From Chrysomallon squamiferum (taxonomy: Eukaryota; Animalia; Mollusca), in the NCBI GenBank assembly GCA_012295275.1, contig CM022677.1, positions 8,742,001 to 8,806,000 of the forward strand: a stretch of 64,000 nt of DNA, given 5' to 3'. Below, one piece after another: positions 18,996-43,642 of the stretch. The position numbers and the translations under genes were made by a program. The notes under the pieces were generated by a model that had not been told where the DNA came from, did no database searches, and saw only the letters and a program-made list of their open reading frames with translations. Positions within the stretch are counted from its first letter, which is position 1. Each line of letters begins with the position of its first letter.

Positions 18996-19944
18996 GTGGT
19001 AGCAAAAATAATATTAATAATTTTTATAATATATAATCATACACATATTATTTATAAATTTGTATTTATGCTAACAACATAACAGGTAATTAACAAAACT
19101 GATTATATAATAGTTTTAATATATGATTATATAACATAATTATTATTTAGAAAATGTAGTTATAAATATACAAGTGACAGCAATATTTGGAATTTCTGTA
19201 TTAAAATTACTTTTAAATTTTAATGAAAATACTGATGTTTTTTGTTGATTGTCCCAAAAACCTGATCATTCTAACTAAAAACTGCTATTAATAATTGTTT
19301 TGTATATTTTTCTGACAGAAAAAAAATCAGAAAAAGAAGAAAGAAAAAAAGGAAAGAATTTAAATTTTAATTAGTGAAACAAATTATAAAAATTGTAATA
19401 ATAAATAAATATATAAATAAATAAATTAAAAAAAACATTAAGAATTATCTTTTCAGTTATCTTTATATATATATATATTAGGCAACAAGACTAATAGGTG
19501 TTTTTTTTAACATATATAAAATGTTGTTGTCATGTTTATTTGTATTTGAATTTTTTTTATTTACATTTCTATGTATTTTTAAGAAAAAAATTTGTTAAAA
19601 ATGATCAGCAACATCATATAAATTTAAAAGGGCAAAAATTTATATCACGTACCATTAATATATAAAGAGTATCAAAAGAAGTGTGTTGTTAAAAAAGCAG
19701 AGGATGGATGTATTAATCTGCAAAAAATAATTGTATGTATTACAATTTCTATTTTATTTTTTATTTTAAATATAAAGTGACTTTTTAAATAAATAATAAA
19801 ACTAAGCAAATATGGTTAAAGAGCATGTTGCATAGTGTAAGTATATTTTATCAACTAATAACAATAATAATAATAAAAATAACAAATATGAATAAATATG
19901 AATAAAATAAAACTATAAAAACAATTATTATTATCATTATCATG

Positions 19945-19989
<45 letters not shown>

Positions 19990-20642
19990 CAAACCTTTCA
20001 GGTCATAATTTCTGTACATATTTCCAAATAATAATAAAATAGAATTTAAAAATTAAAAAATATAAATAAAAAAAATTAAGAATTATGTACATAATAATCT
20101 GAAAAGAAATGAATGAAAAGTAACCGTTCTTTGTGTTAACAATCAAACAATTTAAACCAAGAATAAAATTTTGTCCTGCATAATAGTTTTGAATTTTTTT
20201 AAATTGATATAAACAGCTTTATAAAAATTATAATTATTAGAAAAGTTTATAAATTATACATGTAAGGCATCTAGTTATTATTTTGCAAAGGAAGTTAATA
20301 ATGTAACAATAATAACAATAACACCCTAAACACCTATAATAATAATAATAACAAATTAATAAACTATAAATAAAAAAATATTTCTAAAGAAAATTATGTC
20401 AAACAAAAATTATCATTCAACATATTTTTCTATATACAAAAATAAAGGTAATCATTGTGTTTGTGTGAGTCAACAAAAGTGTGGTGCATCTTGAAAACTG
20501 GAGGAAACAACAGAGGAATGAGATCAGAATGAAGATGAAAGACAGGAGATATTTAAAATCACAACATGATCAAAACCTGCAACAGTCTTACAAATGGCTG
20601 AGATATTTAATTAATTACTGCAATTATGCCACTGACTATAAA

Positions 20643-21060
20643 TTATAGTGTCCTTATATATATTATTCAGAAATTTGAAGAAAAAAAAAGTGTCCTTATA
20701 TATATTATTCAGAAATTTGAAAAAAAAAAAGCTTTGCTATTTCCAAAATCTGAATACTCTAAGACAAAAAATCTCAATTATTCTGAAATTCCAAACTTTG
20801 AAAAATTTCAAAAATTCCAATATCAAAAAAATCCACAAAAATTCTGAAACCTAAAAAGCTATGAAATTCCAAAATCCTAAATCCCCAAAAATTTCAGAAA
20901 TTTTAAAAGCTCAGAAAATATCATCAAAAATAATGATACCATACAAAAAAACAAAACAGAAAAGATTATGTTTTAGAAATAATATATAAAAATCTCCTTA
21001 ATTCCGAAATCTGAAACCTTCTAGTCCTGTGTATTTCAGATAAGACATCAACAACTCTTA
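20643..21060. mobile_element. Degenerate non-autonomous pogo/Tigger-like (MITE) remnant
   Basis: The right end tccgaaatctgaaaccttctagtcctgtgtatttcagataagacatcaacaac resembles, from memory, Tigger/MER46-type termini. Internal ttccaaaatc/tctgaaa sub-repeats are present and the left-end unit is duplicated (about 20646 and 20689). Not checked against a library. Confidence 0.4.
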
Positions 21061-22839
21061 CATAGTTAGAATGGGAAAACAAATACTACTATACTACATT
21101 ACATTTATTTATGTCGTGTTTTGATTATCAAAGAAATAAAAAATTTTAAATTTAAAAAAAAGAAATAATTAAATAAATAAATAGAATAAAAAGCAAAACA
21201 AACATATTGTATGTATGAGATCTGTCTTGGTAAGTAATTGAAATATACTGTGCTGAATTATATAAAAAGGTTGATGACTCTGTATAATGTTAAACCAAAT
21301 GTTACTAATAATAAAGGTGTCACAATAAAATAAAATTACAAGCTTGTTAATTATCTCCCTTAGAGCAATAACCTTTGTTATAAATTTGGTCTTTTTTTTT
21401 GTTTGTTAGTGGGGGGTGGTTTGTGTTTTTTTAATTTTACATTTAGGTTATTTTGAAAATTATGCTATCATGGAGAATGAATTATTTCATATTGCAACAG
21501 AAGTATAATCAATTTACCTAAAAGATATTCTAAACAAATTTTTAAAATGTTAATGAATTCTGAATTAAAATATATACTAATAATAACAATAACAATAACC
21601 CTTGTTTTTTGTTTCAGATGTACATGATGTTAAACAGTGACACTAATAATTAAGCCATTGCTGCAATCATTATTTTGAAACTTTCAAAACTATACACACT
21701 TTTTTAATTTATGTAAACATTAAAAATAAATTGTAAAATATTAATCTCTAAAATTCTCAAACACAGAAACTAATATGAGTATAGAACAGATGAAAATGTT
21801 TTAATATAAAATAATAATATTTATATATATAATGACAGATATAGATATATAGATTTAGATAACAGGCTATATATTTGCAAAAGCAGAAGCAACTTTACAT
21901 AATGTTATATATATGCATATATCTTGTATTAATATACATATCTATAAGTAAAGAGTAGCATGTAACAGTTTTATAAAAATTCACACTGTATATCTTTGCA
22001 TGACATACTTTTTCTTAAATATGTGTGCATATATAGAAAAACAACATAAAATAATAAAAATGTTATGCCCTTAGAGTAAACCTGGTTTTCATTTTAGTTT
22101 ATAAATTATTTATTTTTAACCAGTGACAAGTGTAGCAAATACTGTTAATAACAAAATATGAAACAATATATGAAATAATAACAATACTAATAATAATAAT
22201 AATAATAACAATAACAACAACAATAATAATAATAATGAGAAGAAAAATAATAACAGCAAAAAATAAAGAAAAAAGTAAAAAGCTGGCTTATGCCAGTTTA
22301 AAATAATTAACATCAAGGTCAAGGTTATCCTCTGTGGCAATGTAAAGGTCAAAAATATATTTGAGATGTCATGTCTGTGGCTATTACATATACCCTGGTT
22401 TTAATTTACATATAAATTTTAGGAAAAAAGAAGAAAAAAAAAGAAGGTAAATATTCCAAAAGTATATGGTTGTTAGAAAAAAAGAAAAAAAGAGTGGTTT
22501 TTAAACAAAGAGAAAAAAATAACAACAAAACAATTATAAATATTTCCAAAATATCTGTCAGATACATAAAATAATTCATATGATCAAATATACCTGATTA
22601 AAAATAATTCCTTACAAACTGACTGACTGCAGTTAAAACTAACTCAAATCCATTGTCTTAATAAGCAACAACCAAAAATTATTACCAGTTCAGAATAAAA
22701 TAAGAAAAAGTTTAATTTGTCAAAGAATAATGTCAACAAAAAAAGTAACATTTTTTAAGAGAATTAAAAATTTGTTTTATAATAATTTAATAACCAATTA
22801 TTATTACAACAGTCATGTTTAAAATTACGGTATACTTTC

Positions 22840-23190
22840 AACGCGACATGACTATTTCAAAGTCCATAACACCAAATGAATTACAAATTAACATGTAATA
22901 TTCAACATTTACATTTATGTCCATGACATTAATATTACATTACTGTAACATTCAAGATTACATTTAGTCCTTAAGATTTGACAGTCCATGTAATTCAAGA
23001 GTTACCCAAATCCACAGTATTCAACTTTATATTTAAGTCAACATTATAGCAACACTATACCTAAATCTTTACAAATCAGTAACATTAAAATTAAAATTTA
23101 AGGTCCATAATATTTAATTTTACATTTCAATCAATTACATTTAAATTTATACATCATATAACTTTAGATTATAATTCAACATTAATTACT
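22840..23190. repeat. Degenerate minisatellite (attcaa...ttacattt...gtcca units)
   Basis: Recurrent attcaac/attcaag, ttacattt and gtccat motifs at short irregular spacing. Confidence 0.5.
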
Positions 23191-23439
23191 GGCAAATATA
23201 TAGATTTTGGGTTTGGTTTTCTTTTTCATTTTTTTGTTCTATATATCTGGCAGTAACCAACAAGGCTTAACATTGGTAAAAAAAACCCCAAAAACCCCAC
23301 TACTTACAAATGTTGATTTACAAGTAGTAACAGGTAACATTAAATCTAAAATAATAACAGATTACAATATTATTATTTTTAAAAAGAAACATTTGTTATT
23401 AATGATTCCATAAAACAATTCTGCAGTAGAATCTATGCT

Positions 23440-23960
23440 TTATTCCTTGACATATCATTCTGACTTAGTCCTTTTTTAATTCCTTGAAATTTTGTGTATT
23501 TTATTCCTTGACTTTGTGAAAATTTATTCCTGGCTACTTTCTGACTTCATTTCTTTTCCTACTGAATATATTCCTTGACTCTGTGTTCACTCATTCCTTC
23601 ACAGAATAACTGATTCCTTGACTTTGTTAATGCATTCCTTAACATTTTATTTTTCCCTCTATATTTCTGGCATATATATCTCTACATATATGGTTGTTCC
23701 TCGACACATTATATTTGTACACATACTATAGCATTCCTTTCGATACAGAACATTTGTAATGTTATTCTTTGAAGTATTTACTTTGTAAGATACATTAAAT
23801 TTCCTCACAGAAAAGATGTGATATCCTTTACATTTCTGTCATGTGTGTTTGTATTCTGGTGTTGTATGGACTATGTGCAGGGCTGTCAGATTCCTGGTAG
23901 AGTAATTCCTTGACATTTCACATGGGTGTGTGTGCATGTATGAACATATTCCTCGATATT
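23440..23960. repeat. Degenerate array of about 16 (T)ATTCCTTGAC-like motifs in the FER 3' flank
   Basis: tattccttgac and close variants recur, about 21-23 bp apart in the core of the array. Confidence 0.8.
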
Positions 23961-24149
23961 TTTGGCTTCACATAATTTGATATGTCTTGGTATCTGAAAT
24001 TTTTGTTTTGTTATTCTGTGTCACATGTAAGCTGTTATGTTCAGGATTTCAAGATGACCTATCCAGAGTTTTTCCAGCCAGTAACAAATCTTTGTCCAGC
24101 TTTGTATATCCTGGATGTAGCCATTTATCAAACTTGTAATTTCATTAGC

Positions 24150-24290
24150 ATTACTCTCTAGCCAGCTAGACCATATCTCTATCCTGCAAGGAACATTACT
24201 CTATCCAGGAAGGAAGGAAAATAAATCTATCCAACAAGGGCAATAACTCTATCCAGCAAGGAATGTAACTCTTTATCCAGCAAAGATCAA
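24150..24290. repeat. Short degenerate tandem array of actctatccagcaaggaa-like units (about 6 copies)
   Basis: Directly visible repeats of about 22-27 bp. Confidence 0.75.
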
Positions 24291-24532
24291 GTTTCTTGCT
24301 CTTAAAAAATCTATACTCTCCTTTTATTAAAATGTTACAAAATTCTGTAAGAAGCAAAAATCTTTACTCAAATCAACTCTTTTCAACAGTAGACATAACA
24401 CACGACGACCAAGGGACACAACTCTGAAACAAGGCAACATTGTGAAGGAATGATGATAAGGACTGGGGTAATTTCAATTTAGAAAAAAGAAATCTTCCTG
24501 TTTTTATGGCACAAGTGAAACATAATAATAAA

Positions 24533-34940
<10,408 letters not shown>

Positions 34941-36118
34941 TGAGATGGTTCAAAATGCTGAAAGAAAAGAAAACTGATATGATTTAAAAAAAAATAAAAG
35001 TCTACATTTTAAAAAACAGATTAGAATACAATGTAAGAATAAGACTGAATGAATGAATGAATAATGAATGAGTGGATGAATGCTCAAAGGTTGCAACAAA
35101 GAAAAGAAGATGGATGAACAACATAAAAAATTTAAAAAATTTTTTAAAACATATTTGAAAAACCTACTCAATTACATAAACTGTGAATGAACAATATTAA
35201 GTAAATATTTAAAAAGTTTAATATTTTTGTTTGCCAGTATCATGAAAAATATATATATATATATATATATATTGTTTGATAAAATGTTCTGATTTAATTA
35301 ATATAAAGATTAACTTTATGCATCTAGTTAAATATAAAAACAGCTTAACAATGTCAGGATATGTAGCTTGAACTTATTTGACTACTTAAAAAATATTTAA
35401 GTTCAAACAAAGAAATGATCAGATAAAAAAAGAACAAATCAAAATCTATAAATAAATAAATGAACACATATATAAATAATAAATAAACTAATTTATTCAC
35501 ATATAAATATAAATAAACAACAAACCAAACACAAAAAAATAAATAAAAAGAAATTAATAAATAAAAAAATAAAACAATTAATAAATATATAATATTCCTT
35601 ACACTGATGAAAATACCAGCAATTAAAATAAATTTATCAGCGTAAACAATAAAAACAAATGAAGAGCAAGTACAAAGGCAGTGCCTCTTAAAAAAAATAA
35701 CTCCTCATAACAGCTCTAAAATGAAGTGAATTGTGTTTGTACATTACTCACATTTACTTATAGATATTGTTTATTATCTTTTTATTAAATTATTATTATA
35801 TAACAGAATAATACACAAATGTATACAGGCTTTCTAAAGATTGCTATGTGTGTTTGTAATGTATCATGTATGCATATTTTGTGTGTGCATGTGTCAGTGA
35901 TGTTTGTCAGGATATATAAATACTAACCTAACTGTTTATTTTATTTTTGTTAATAAACAGCAAATGGAATCTGTTAAAGGTCATGCTATATGAATACATG
36001 TACTTATTTGTGTTTATATTTCTGTCTGTGTGTGTATAAGTATATATATCTATATCTATATCTATATCTATATCTACACATACATACATACATACATATA
36101 TACATAGATAAATACCTT

Positions 36119-36160
<42 letters not shown>

Positions 36161-37059
36161 TTTATCTATGTATATATTTCTCTATATGTATCTCTTTGTA
36201 TATGTGTCTGCTGATGTTATCACTTATGATTTAATTTCTAGTTTGTATAATCATTATTCATGGTTGTGTCAGCAAGTATAATATTATTTATAGATACAGT
36301 AAAAATGAGTGCAAGTGTTATCTGGCCAACAAGACAATGCTAATCTGAAGTGGGAGAGCCCGGAATTCAATTTTTGTCTTATGGGAAATAGAATGTTACA
36401 GCAATAATAAATAAATAAAATTAAAAATAGTTGACACTGACTAACACTTGAATATAATACGTAAAATATGAAACCAAACTTAATTATTTAGATGATAAGG
36501 ACTAAAAAAGATAAAAATTTATAAAAAGTAAATAAATACTAATTAAAGATACAATGTAAATATATATCAATAATAATAAAAAATAAAATAAAAAATACAC
36601 ATTTAAGTTTTCAAAGTAAACTACCATTCAAATACAATTTTATTTTTTATTGTAGTTTGTTATTTTTCTTTTATTATTATTTTTAGTGTTTCGATTTTTT
36701 TTTTATTAATATAATTATTATAATTATATTTATAACAATAATTACTATTATTATTAATATAAAGAAAAATCAAAGCAATTCTGCCAAGTCTATTAAAAAA
36801 TAATAGTAATGAAATAATAATAAACTGAATATTTTCATTATTAGTGTTAGTATTACTATGATATAAAGTCAAATTTTGTTTATTAAAACATTTTAAACAA
36901 TATAAATATATGAACAAAGTAACTGAATTTAATGTCTGTAAAAAGATTTATAAATTAAAAAAATAATACAATATTAAAAAGGAAATAAAACATACTAAAA
37001 ATGTAACTGTAACAAAGTTGATTACAAAGCTCAAGTTAAGGAGATAACAAGAATGTGAT

Positions 37060-37700
37060 CTGTTTATTAATATTAATATAAAAATTAAAATCTTCAGTGT
37101 TCTCATGACATTACAAAATACACTGATAGATCCAGCATCTAAAAATTCAGAGTATTTCTTTTCTCTTTGTGTGTAGCTGTGTGTGTGTGTGTTTTTGAGT
37201 GAGAGAGACACCGTATATATTAAAAAATAATAATAATCAAATACAACTAAATATTTGTCTGAAAAAAACAAGTTTCTCTCAAAGTTCACGTTAAGCAAAG
37301 ATTAATTAACAAGTATGTGTGACTGAGAGAGAAAGAGAGAAGGGGAGAGAGAGAGAATAAATATTTATCCAAGATTAATTAACAAGTATGTAATGCATTT
37401 ACTAAAATTCTTTAGAATACTCATGAAATTCAGTTAACAGATCCAGGATATAAACATTCTTAAGTTTTCTTTTGTGTGTGTCTGTGTCCGAGAAAGAGAG
37501 AGAAATGAGAAATAAATAATAGTATCGATTAAAATAAAATATTCAAATAAAACTAAAAATGTTTATCACAAAAATTAATTAACAAGTATGTACTGTGTTA
37601 ATTAATAGCAATATTAAAAATTAAAATTTTAATATACTCACAATATTACAGCATCTGAAAATCCAGAGTAGTTATCTTGTGTGTATCATTACTGAGTATC
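37060..37700. repeat. Degenerate direct repeats in the probable first FER intron
   Basis: aagattaattaacaagtatgt-like occurs 3 times; aattaaaat...ctca...cagcatct.aaaat.cagagta blocks are repeated. Confidence 0.6.
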
Positions 37701-38566
37701 ATTGTATGTTGTGTGTGTGTGTCTCTTTCTCTATCTCGGTGTCAAACAAATCCACCTATTGTACTGTTTCAGATACAATTATATATGTAGATAACAGCAG
37801 TGTGTGTATGTGTGTGTGTGTGTATGTCTCTGTGTGTGTGTGTGTGTGTGTGTAACCAGTGTAATTTCTCATTTCTTTATAAATAAATTATTTCAGTTAG
37901 TAAAAATAAACTATACAACTATATTTATTGTTTTAGAAAAAGTAAAAGGTATCAAAATACACAAGACATTTTATTTTTGTTATTAATTCCATTTACAGTT
38001 GAGATAAAGTTTATAAAAATTTCAACTATGTAAACATTTAGTGTTCTGGCTAGAAAATAATTACTTCATTATCAAATGTAATATCTGCAATATCAACATT
38101 TCTATTTAAAAAAATGATAAATTGTTAAATAAGTTAACATTATTAAGTAACATTAATTTATTTACTTATTTGTCATAAAAATCAAATAAGAATACAATAA
38201 ATAAGAATCTATGCTTATCATGGCTATTTTAATTTGTTTATCAAAGCCTATTTATTCTTTATGAAAGATTAATAACAGTCTCAGGGTTTTGTTTTTAATC
38301 TGGAATTTGGCTATTTATGCATGTGTATATGAATCTGTTTATGGTAATACCCTGTCTCTTATATTATTTCTGTTTACATTTGCAGTTAACTATAGGAGAG
38401 TTTGGATATTTATTTATAATTTTTGAAAACTTTTTTTCTGTGGGTGCAGTAGTATTATAGAAAAACTATTGGATTCATAGTTTTTAGTTAAGCTACATTT
38501 AAGAAAGACTCGAACATAATATGTATAACTCTCATCTTAAAATTTGACTTAACATTGATAATAATA

Positions 38567-38614
<48 letters not shown>

Positions 38615-39055
38615 AATAAATGTTTTCATTTTTTATTATTATCATTATTATTACTGATCAACTTTTGATTTTGATTTTTTAAACACTTATTTATACAAAA
38701 ATTAGGCTATTCTAGTATTAGTAGTATCTATTCAGCCAACAAAACCCGAATTTCTATTACTTTTATTTTTATTTTTTTTAAATTTACTTTTAAAACGAGG
38801 GAAGTTTACTACTTTTTTACATCCTTTTTAATAACGTAGAAGGCAGCTCATAATAGTCAGAATAAGGCTTATTTTGTTCTTTTTATTTTAAACCGAAGTA
38901 CATCCTTCTCAGATGGGCGTATGATAAGCCCACAAAACTCAAGACGGTCAATTGGCCACTCCATGTGATTTCACTTAAAAAATTAAATGTTTTCAATCGC
39001 TATACTTTTCTTTCTACTATTCCAACTGGATATATGTTCAGAAAAATACGCTTAC

Positions 39056-39270
39056 CAGTCTCTTTACTTGTGATGAAGTACGACAGTTCAAAGAAAGAAA
39101 TGCCCGAATAAGTAGATAGCATTGCAAAGCAACAACCAGAAGCGATAGAAGTATATTTTAGCTGAATACTTCCGCTTCGTTCCTGTTTGTATACAACGTC
39201 ATCAATTACGGACTAGATATTTGGTCGATGTAAAATAAGGATTTGTATCCGGCCTTTGATAATCCGAATA
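39056..39270 (-). promoter_or_regulatory. Probable FER non-coding exon 1 and core promoter
   Basis: Strong minus-strand donor CTG|gtaagc (exon end 39056) that could join the acceptor at 34957 upstream of the ATG. ETS-like acttccg (39168), CRE half-site acgtca and local CpG enrichment. Confidence 0.55.
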
Positions 39271-39569
39271 ACTGATAAAAATGAAACGAACGTTTAAACC
39301 AAATAATAAATTATATGACATAAAAGTAAATATTAACTAAAAATTATTTTTGTCTTGATTTATAATTATAATTACATGTTGTTATTCATCTCTTACTATT
39401 ACAACTTGGTGTTAAGAGTAACTATCTGTTGAGTTAAAACTCTCTCTCAAACTTTGTCTTTGGCTCTTTCCATGTTTGTGCATTATATAAGGTATACTGC
39501 AAAACACGTATCATACATGATACTGACTATATGTTATACATGTGTGCACATGTTTGTGCATTTTGTATG

Positions 39570-39633
<64 letters not shown>

Positions 39634-39735
39634 AAGTCATTTATTTACAGTTTTTAATTAATTTATTATGTATTTTAAATAATTTGCTTTATTTTCTTCT
39701 TAAAACCGGAAGAAAATCAAAACACATTTCTGAAT

Positions 39736-40050
39736 TCATGGACTGGCTGGTTTCCTGCATGCCCCAAGCGACGCTGAAACGTCATCAATGGCAAGGTCGC
39801 TGGTAAAGGTCAACCCCACAGCGCCCTCTATAATAATGTTATTAGTGTTCGCAGGAATCGTTACTTCTCCGTGAAGCCATTTGTTGCCATGGTCACCAGT
39901 GGCTATCCAAACCTGTTTGGCCGAACTTGCATGATTTTGCTTTATTAAAAAATATAGAAGAAAAGACACATTAACTTATATATTAATAAATGCAAATATA
40001 ATTTGACGGCTATTATATAATATAATTGTACTGTACTGATGATGATTATT

Positions 40051-40082
<32 letters not shown>

Positions 40083-40509
40083 GGAATCTGTAGGGTATTT
40101 TACATGAATTAAAACACAAGTAACAATTTCTTCTTGCTTGTACGCCCTTGTTTCTATGTGTGAGTGTGTGTGCGTGTGCGTGTGTGTATACGTGTATGTA
40201 TTTATGGGTGTATGTTATTGTACGTTTTTTTATGTATTTGTTAAGTGTGGTTGGTATGTGACGTTGCAGAGATATACAAACGCACCTTTGCCAGTATACT
40301 GAGTGATCCCATACTGACACCGTGCATGCTAAACCAGAAAGAGAAACAAACAGGTTGGTTTATCAGTAAGTCTGGCGAAATCAGCTCTGCCGTGTCTCCT
40401 TGTCTCTGTGGAGATGACGACTCAATGTACATGTAGTTACCCTTTCCTGAAATATCAGTATGAGCTGCCATAGGATCGAAATCAGAGGTCGGGGGAAAGA
40501 GACAGAGAC

Positions 40510-40599
<90 letters not shown>

Positions 40600-40913
40600 A
40601 AATGTATATATGCGTACATCGGTGTTATGTAGACCAAGAAGGTAAAATGAATGAAGACGAAAAGAAATAGATTAATAATTACATATAAAAGTAAAAGTAA
40701 ACAGGAGGTTGTGTCCACACCTGTTGTGTGGTCTGTGTCAGGGCCTGTGCCTATGGACGAGGTGGGTCCTCGCTGCGTGGTCCAGTCAAACTCGTCTGAC
40801 GTCGCCTGAGTCCAGCCGCACAGAGACTTGTCAAAATTACACGCTACACTGACTACAGAAACACATTTGTACACGAAAACGTAGGTAAGATTATACATAT
40901 ATGGAATGTTTAG

Positions 40914-40981
<68 letters not shown>

Positions 40982-41400
40982 ATAAATATATGTGTGTGCA
41001 TTTATAATGTGTGTGTATCTGTGTGCATGTATTATACATATACGTACATATATGTACCTATGTAACAATACGTGCACGTATGTATATATCTACGTATGTG
41101 AGAATGCATAGGTTTATGTATGTGTGTATATGTGTATGCGTGTGTGCGTGTGTTTCTATACCTACATTTAACGCATGGTCCTGAATTCAACACAATATCG
41201 TCTACTGCGATATCACCTTGGTAACCAGAACCTTTGTACGCTCGCAGTGCTATTCGGAATCTGAAACTGGTTTGGGTTAACGGAACTGATGCTCGATTCC
41301 AACCGATGTCTTGATTACCAGTTTTTGTCCATAATACAGTGTCACTTCCGGTTTCATTCTGAAAGTATGATTAGGCAATCTTTGAAAATGTTTTGATAAT

Positions 41401-41480
<80 letters not shown>

Positions 41481-43587
41481 AATGAAGACAGAGATAATGA
41501 TGGTTATAATGACAGAATGCGAGAGAAAGAGACTGTTAAATAGAAAGAGGAAATGACATAATGACATTATGACTACTCTCACTTCTACTCTGACTTCTAA
41601 TTTCCCAGTTTGAAATCCGTGCATGTTGTAGTAAAATGTCAGACACGCGTTTCTTTCGAGTTGAACGAAGGGAGATAACAATGATGAATAATCGTTTGCA
41701 TGCCCGTCAGACGTCTCGATGTAGATGTAGTGTCCACGTCCTAATAACAACAACAACAACAACAACAACAATAATAATAATAGTAAGAAGAAGAAGAAGA
41801 AGAAGAAGAATATACGCACAAAGACACACACACATATATATGTAAATGAGTATATAAAAAAAAAAAATCTGGTTAAGACTTCAGTTTATATATTTATTTA
41901 GTTAGATGGCTATTTCAAAAATAACGTAATATTTATAAGCGAAAAACTATTCAAACTGACGTAAACAAGGGAGAAAACTATAAATACCTGTCGTATGATC
42001 TCCGTCAGGGCCTGTTCCGATGGACGAAGTGCCGCCACTGTGCTCGAGCCATTTGATAGGCTTGGAAATATCGTTTACGTGCCATGCGCAGGTATTAACT
42101 TTGTCAAAGTTGCAGTTGAAATCTGAGAGTAAAGAGCATTAACAAGAGATTTCTGGATGTAATGTGCATGAAACTGTTTATATTTTTTTTATAAGTTTTC
42201 ATATTATATTAATTAAAAACAACGTAATAATAAAGTTTTTAATTGCATACATTCTGATAGACAACTAAAGTCTCGATAAACCCAGAGAATGGGTGCTTGG
42301 ATATCGAGTACTCCGAATACTTTAAAGACGTAAATACTGTAGTGACGTCAGTGTTCATTAATTTGTTACTAGAATTTGTTGGAGATGTAAAGAAGGTGTA
42401 AATGCTAATTAAAGATAGTAATAACAGCATTGTAATAATAGTAGTAGTAGTAATAGTAGCATCTTCTGTAAAACGTAGGCTCTATGAATGTGTGTGTGTG
42501 TGTGTGAGAGATTTTTAAATTTTTGTATTTTTGTTTACCTATCACATTTAAATGAAATACTTTTTCCGTTTGTCCAGCCTTGCAAATATATGTTCCATTT
42601 TTCGTTGCGATGATTTCCAACTTGTGTCCGTTGATTTTAATTCCGTGTGCAGCTGATAGTGTGTGTCCGTCGAGTAACCATGTTAGTTGGGCAGACGTGA
42701 CATTCATTATAGAACAGTTGAGAGAAATATGGTCTCCAGGGAAACCGCTGATAGTTCCTCCGTCGACTGTAAGTATTTATTACAGTTTTAAGTAATATTG
42801 TGTGTGTTTTGTGTGCTGTTTGTTTGCATAAGAGTACACATAATAGCCAAATCTACACGACTGTGTTAAACCATAATTTTTGGAGAATTGTGAACATACT
42901 TACGGACACACGTACAGTTTGGTTTGACAGGAACAGGTCCCTGGGCCCCTTTGGCCCCTTTTTGACCTTGCTTGCCCTTTGGTCCTCGATCTCCATCATC
43001 CCCAGTAATGCCCGGTTCGCCTAAACATAAATACAATTTGATGCTGTAGATAATGCGAAGAGATTCACAGATATATAACAGGTATTTACTTATTTATTTT
43101 GTTATTAACTCTCTCTACCTTTTCTTCCTTCAGCGCCTCTGACTCCTTTCTCGCCCTGGTCTCCTCTTTCTCCTTTTTCTCCTTTTTCTCCTGGAGTTCC
43201 TTTACTGCCTGCAAATCCTTTCATTCCAACAGAGCCAACGTCACCCTTTTCTCCTTGGAAACCTTTAGGTTCGCTATCTCCTATCATACCCTGCTGTCCT
43301 TTATTACCCACAATTCCATGTTTGCCTTTACTTCCGTCAATCCCTTTATGACCTTTTTGACCGTTTATTCCCGGCAGCCCTGGATTTCCTTGTTGTCCTG
43401 AAGTAATTCGGTTACATTAGTTTCTGTGATTATTATGCTTATGATAAATCTATTTAATCTTAAGAATTATATTTATAAATCTACTTACTTAAATTTTATA
43501 TAGGTTAAATTGTTTATGTAGGGAGGTGCTTTTTGTTCGTGTTTCTGCGGGCTTGTTTTTCTTTAAGAAAGTATCTGAATTGATAGT

Positions 43588-43642
<55 letters not shown>

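Noticed and set aside
42239-42430. Complex, exon-looking ORF between the Ig and MAM1 exons
   Set aside because: The open frame gives phase-2/phase-0 ends, incompatible with the flanking phase-1 introns, and the other frames contain stops. At most a decayed exon.
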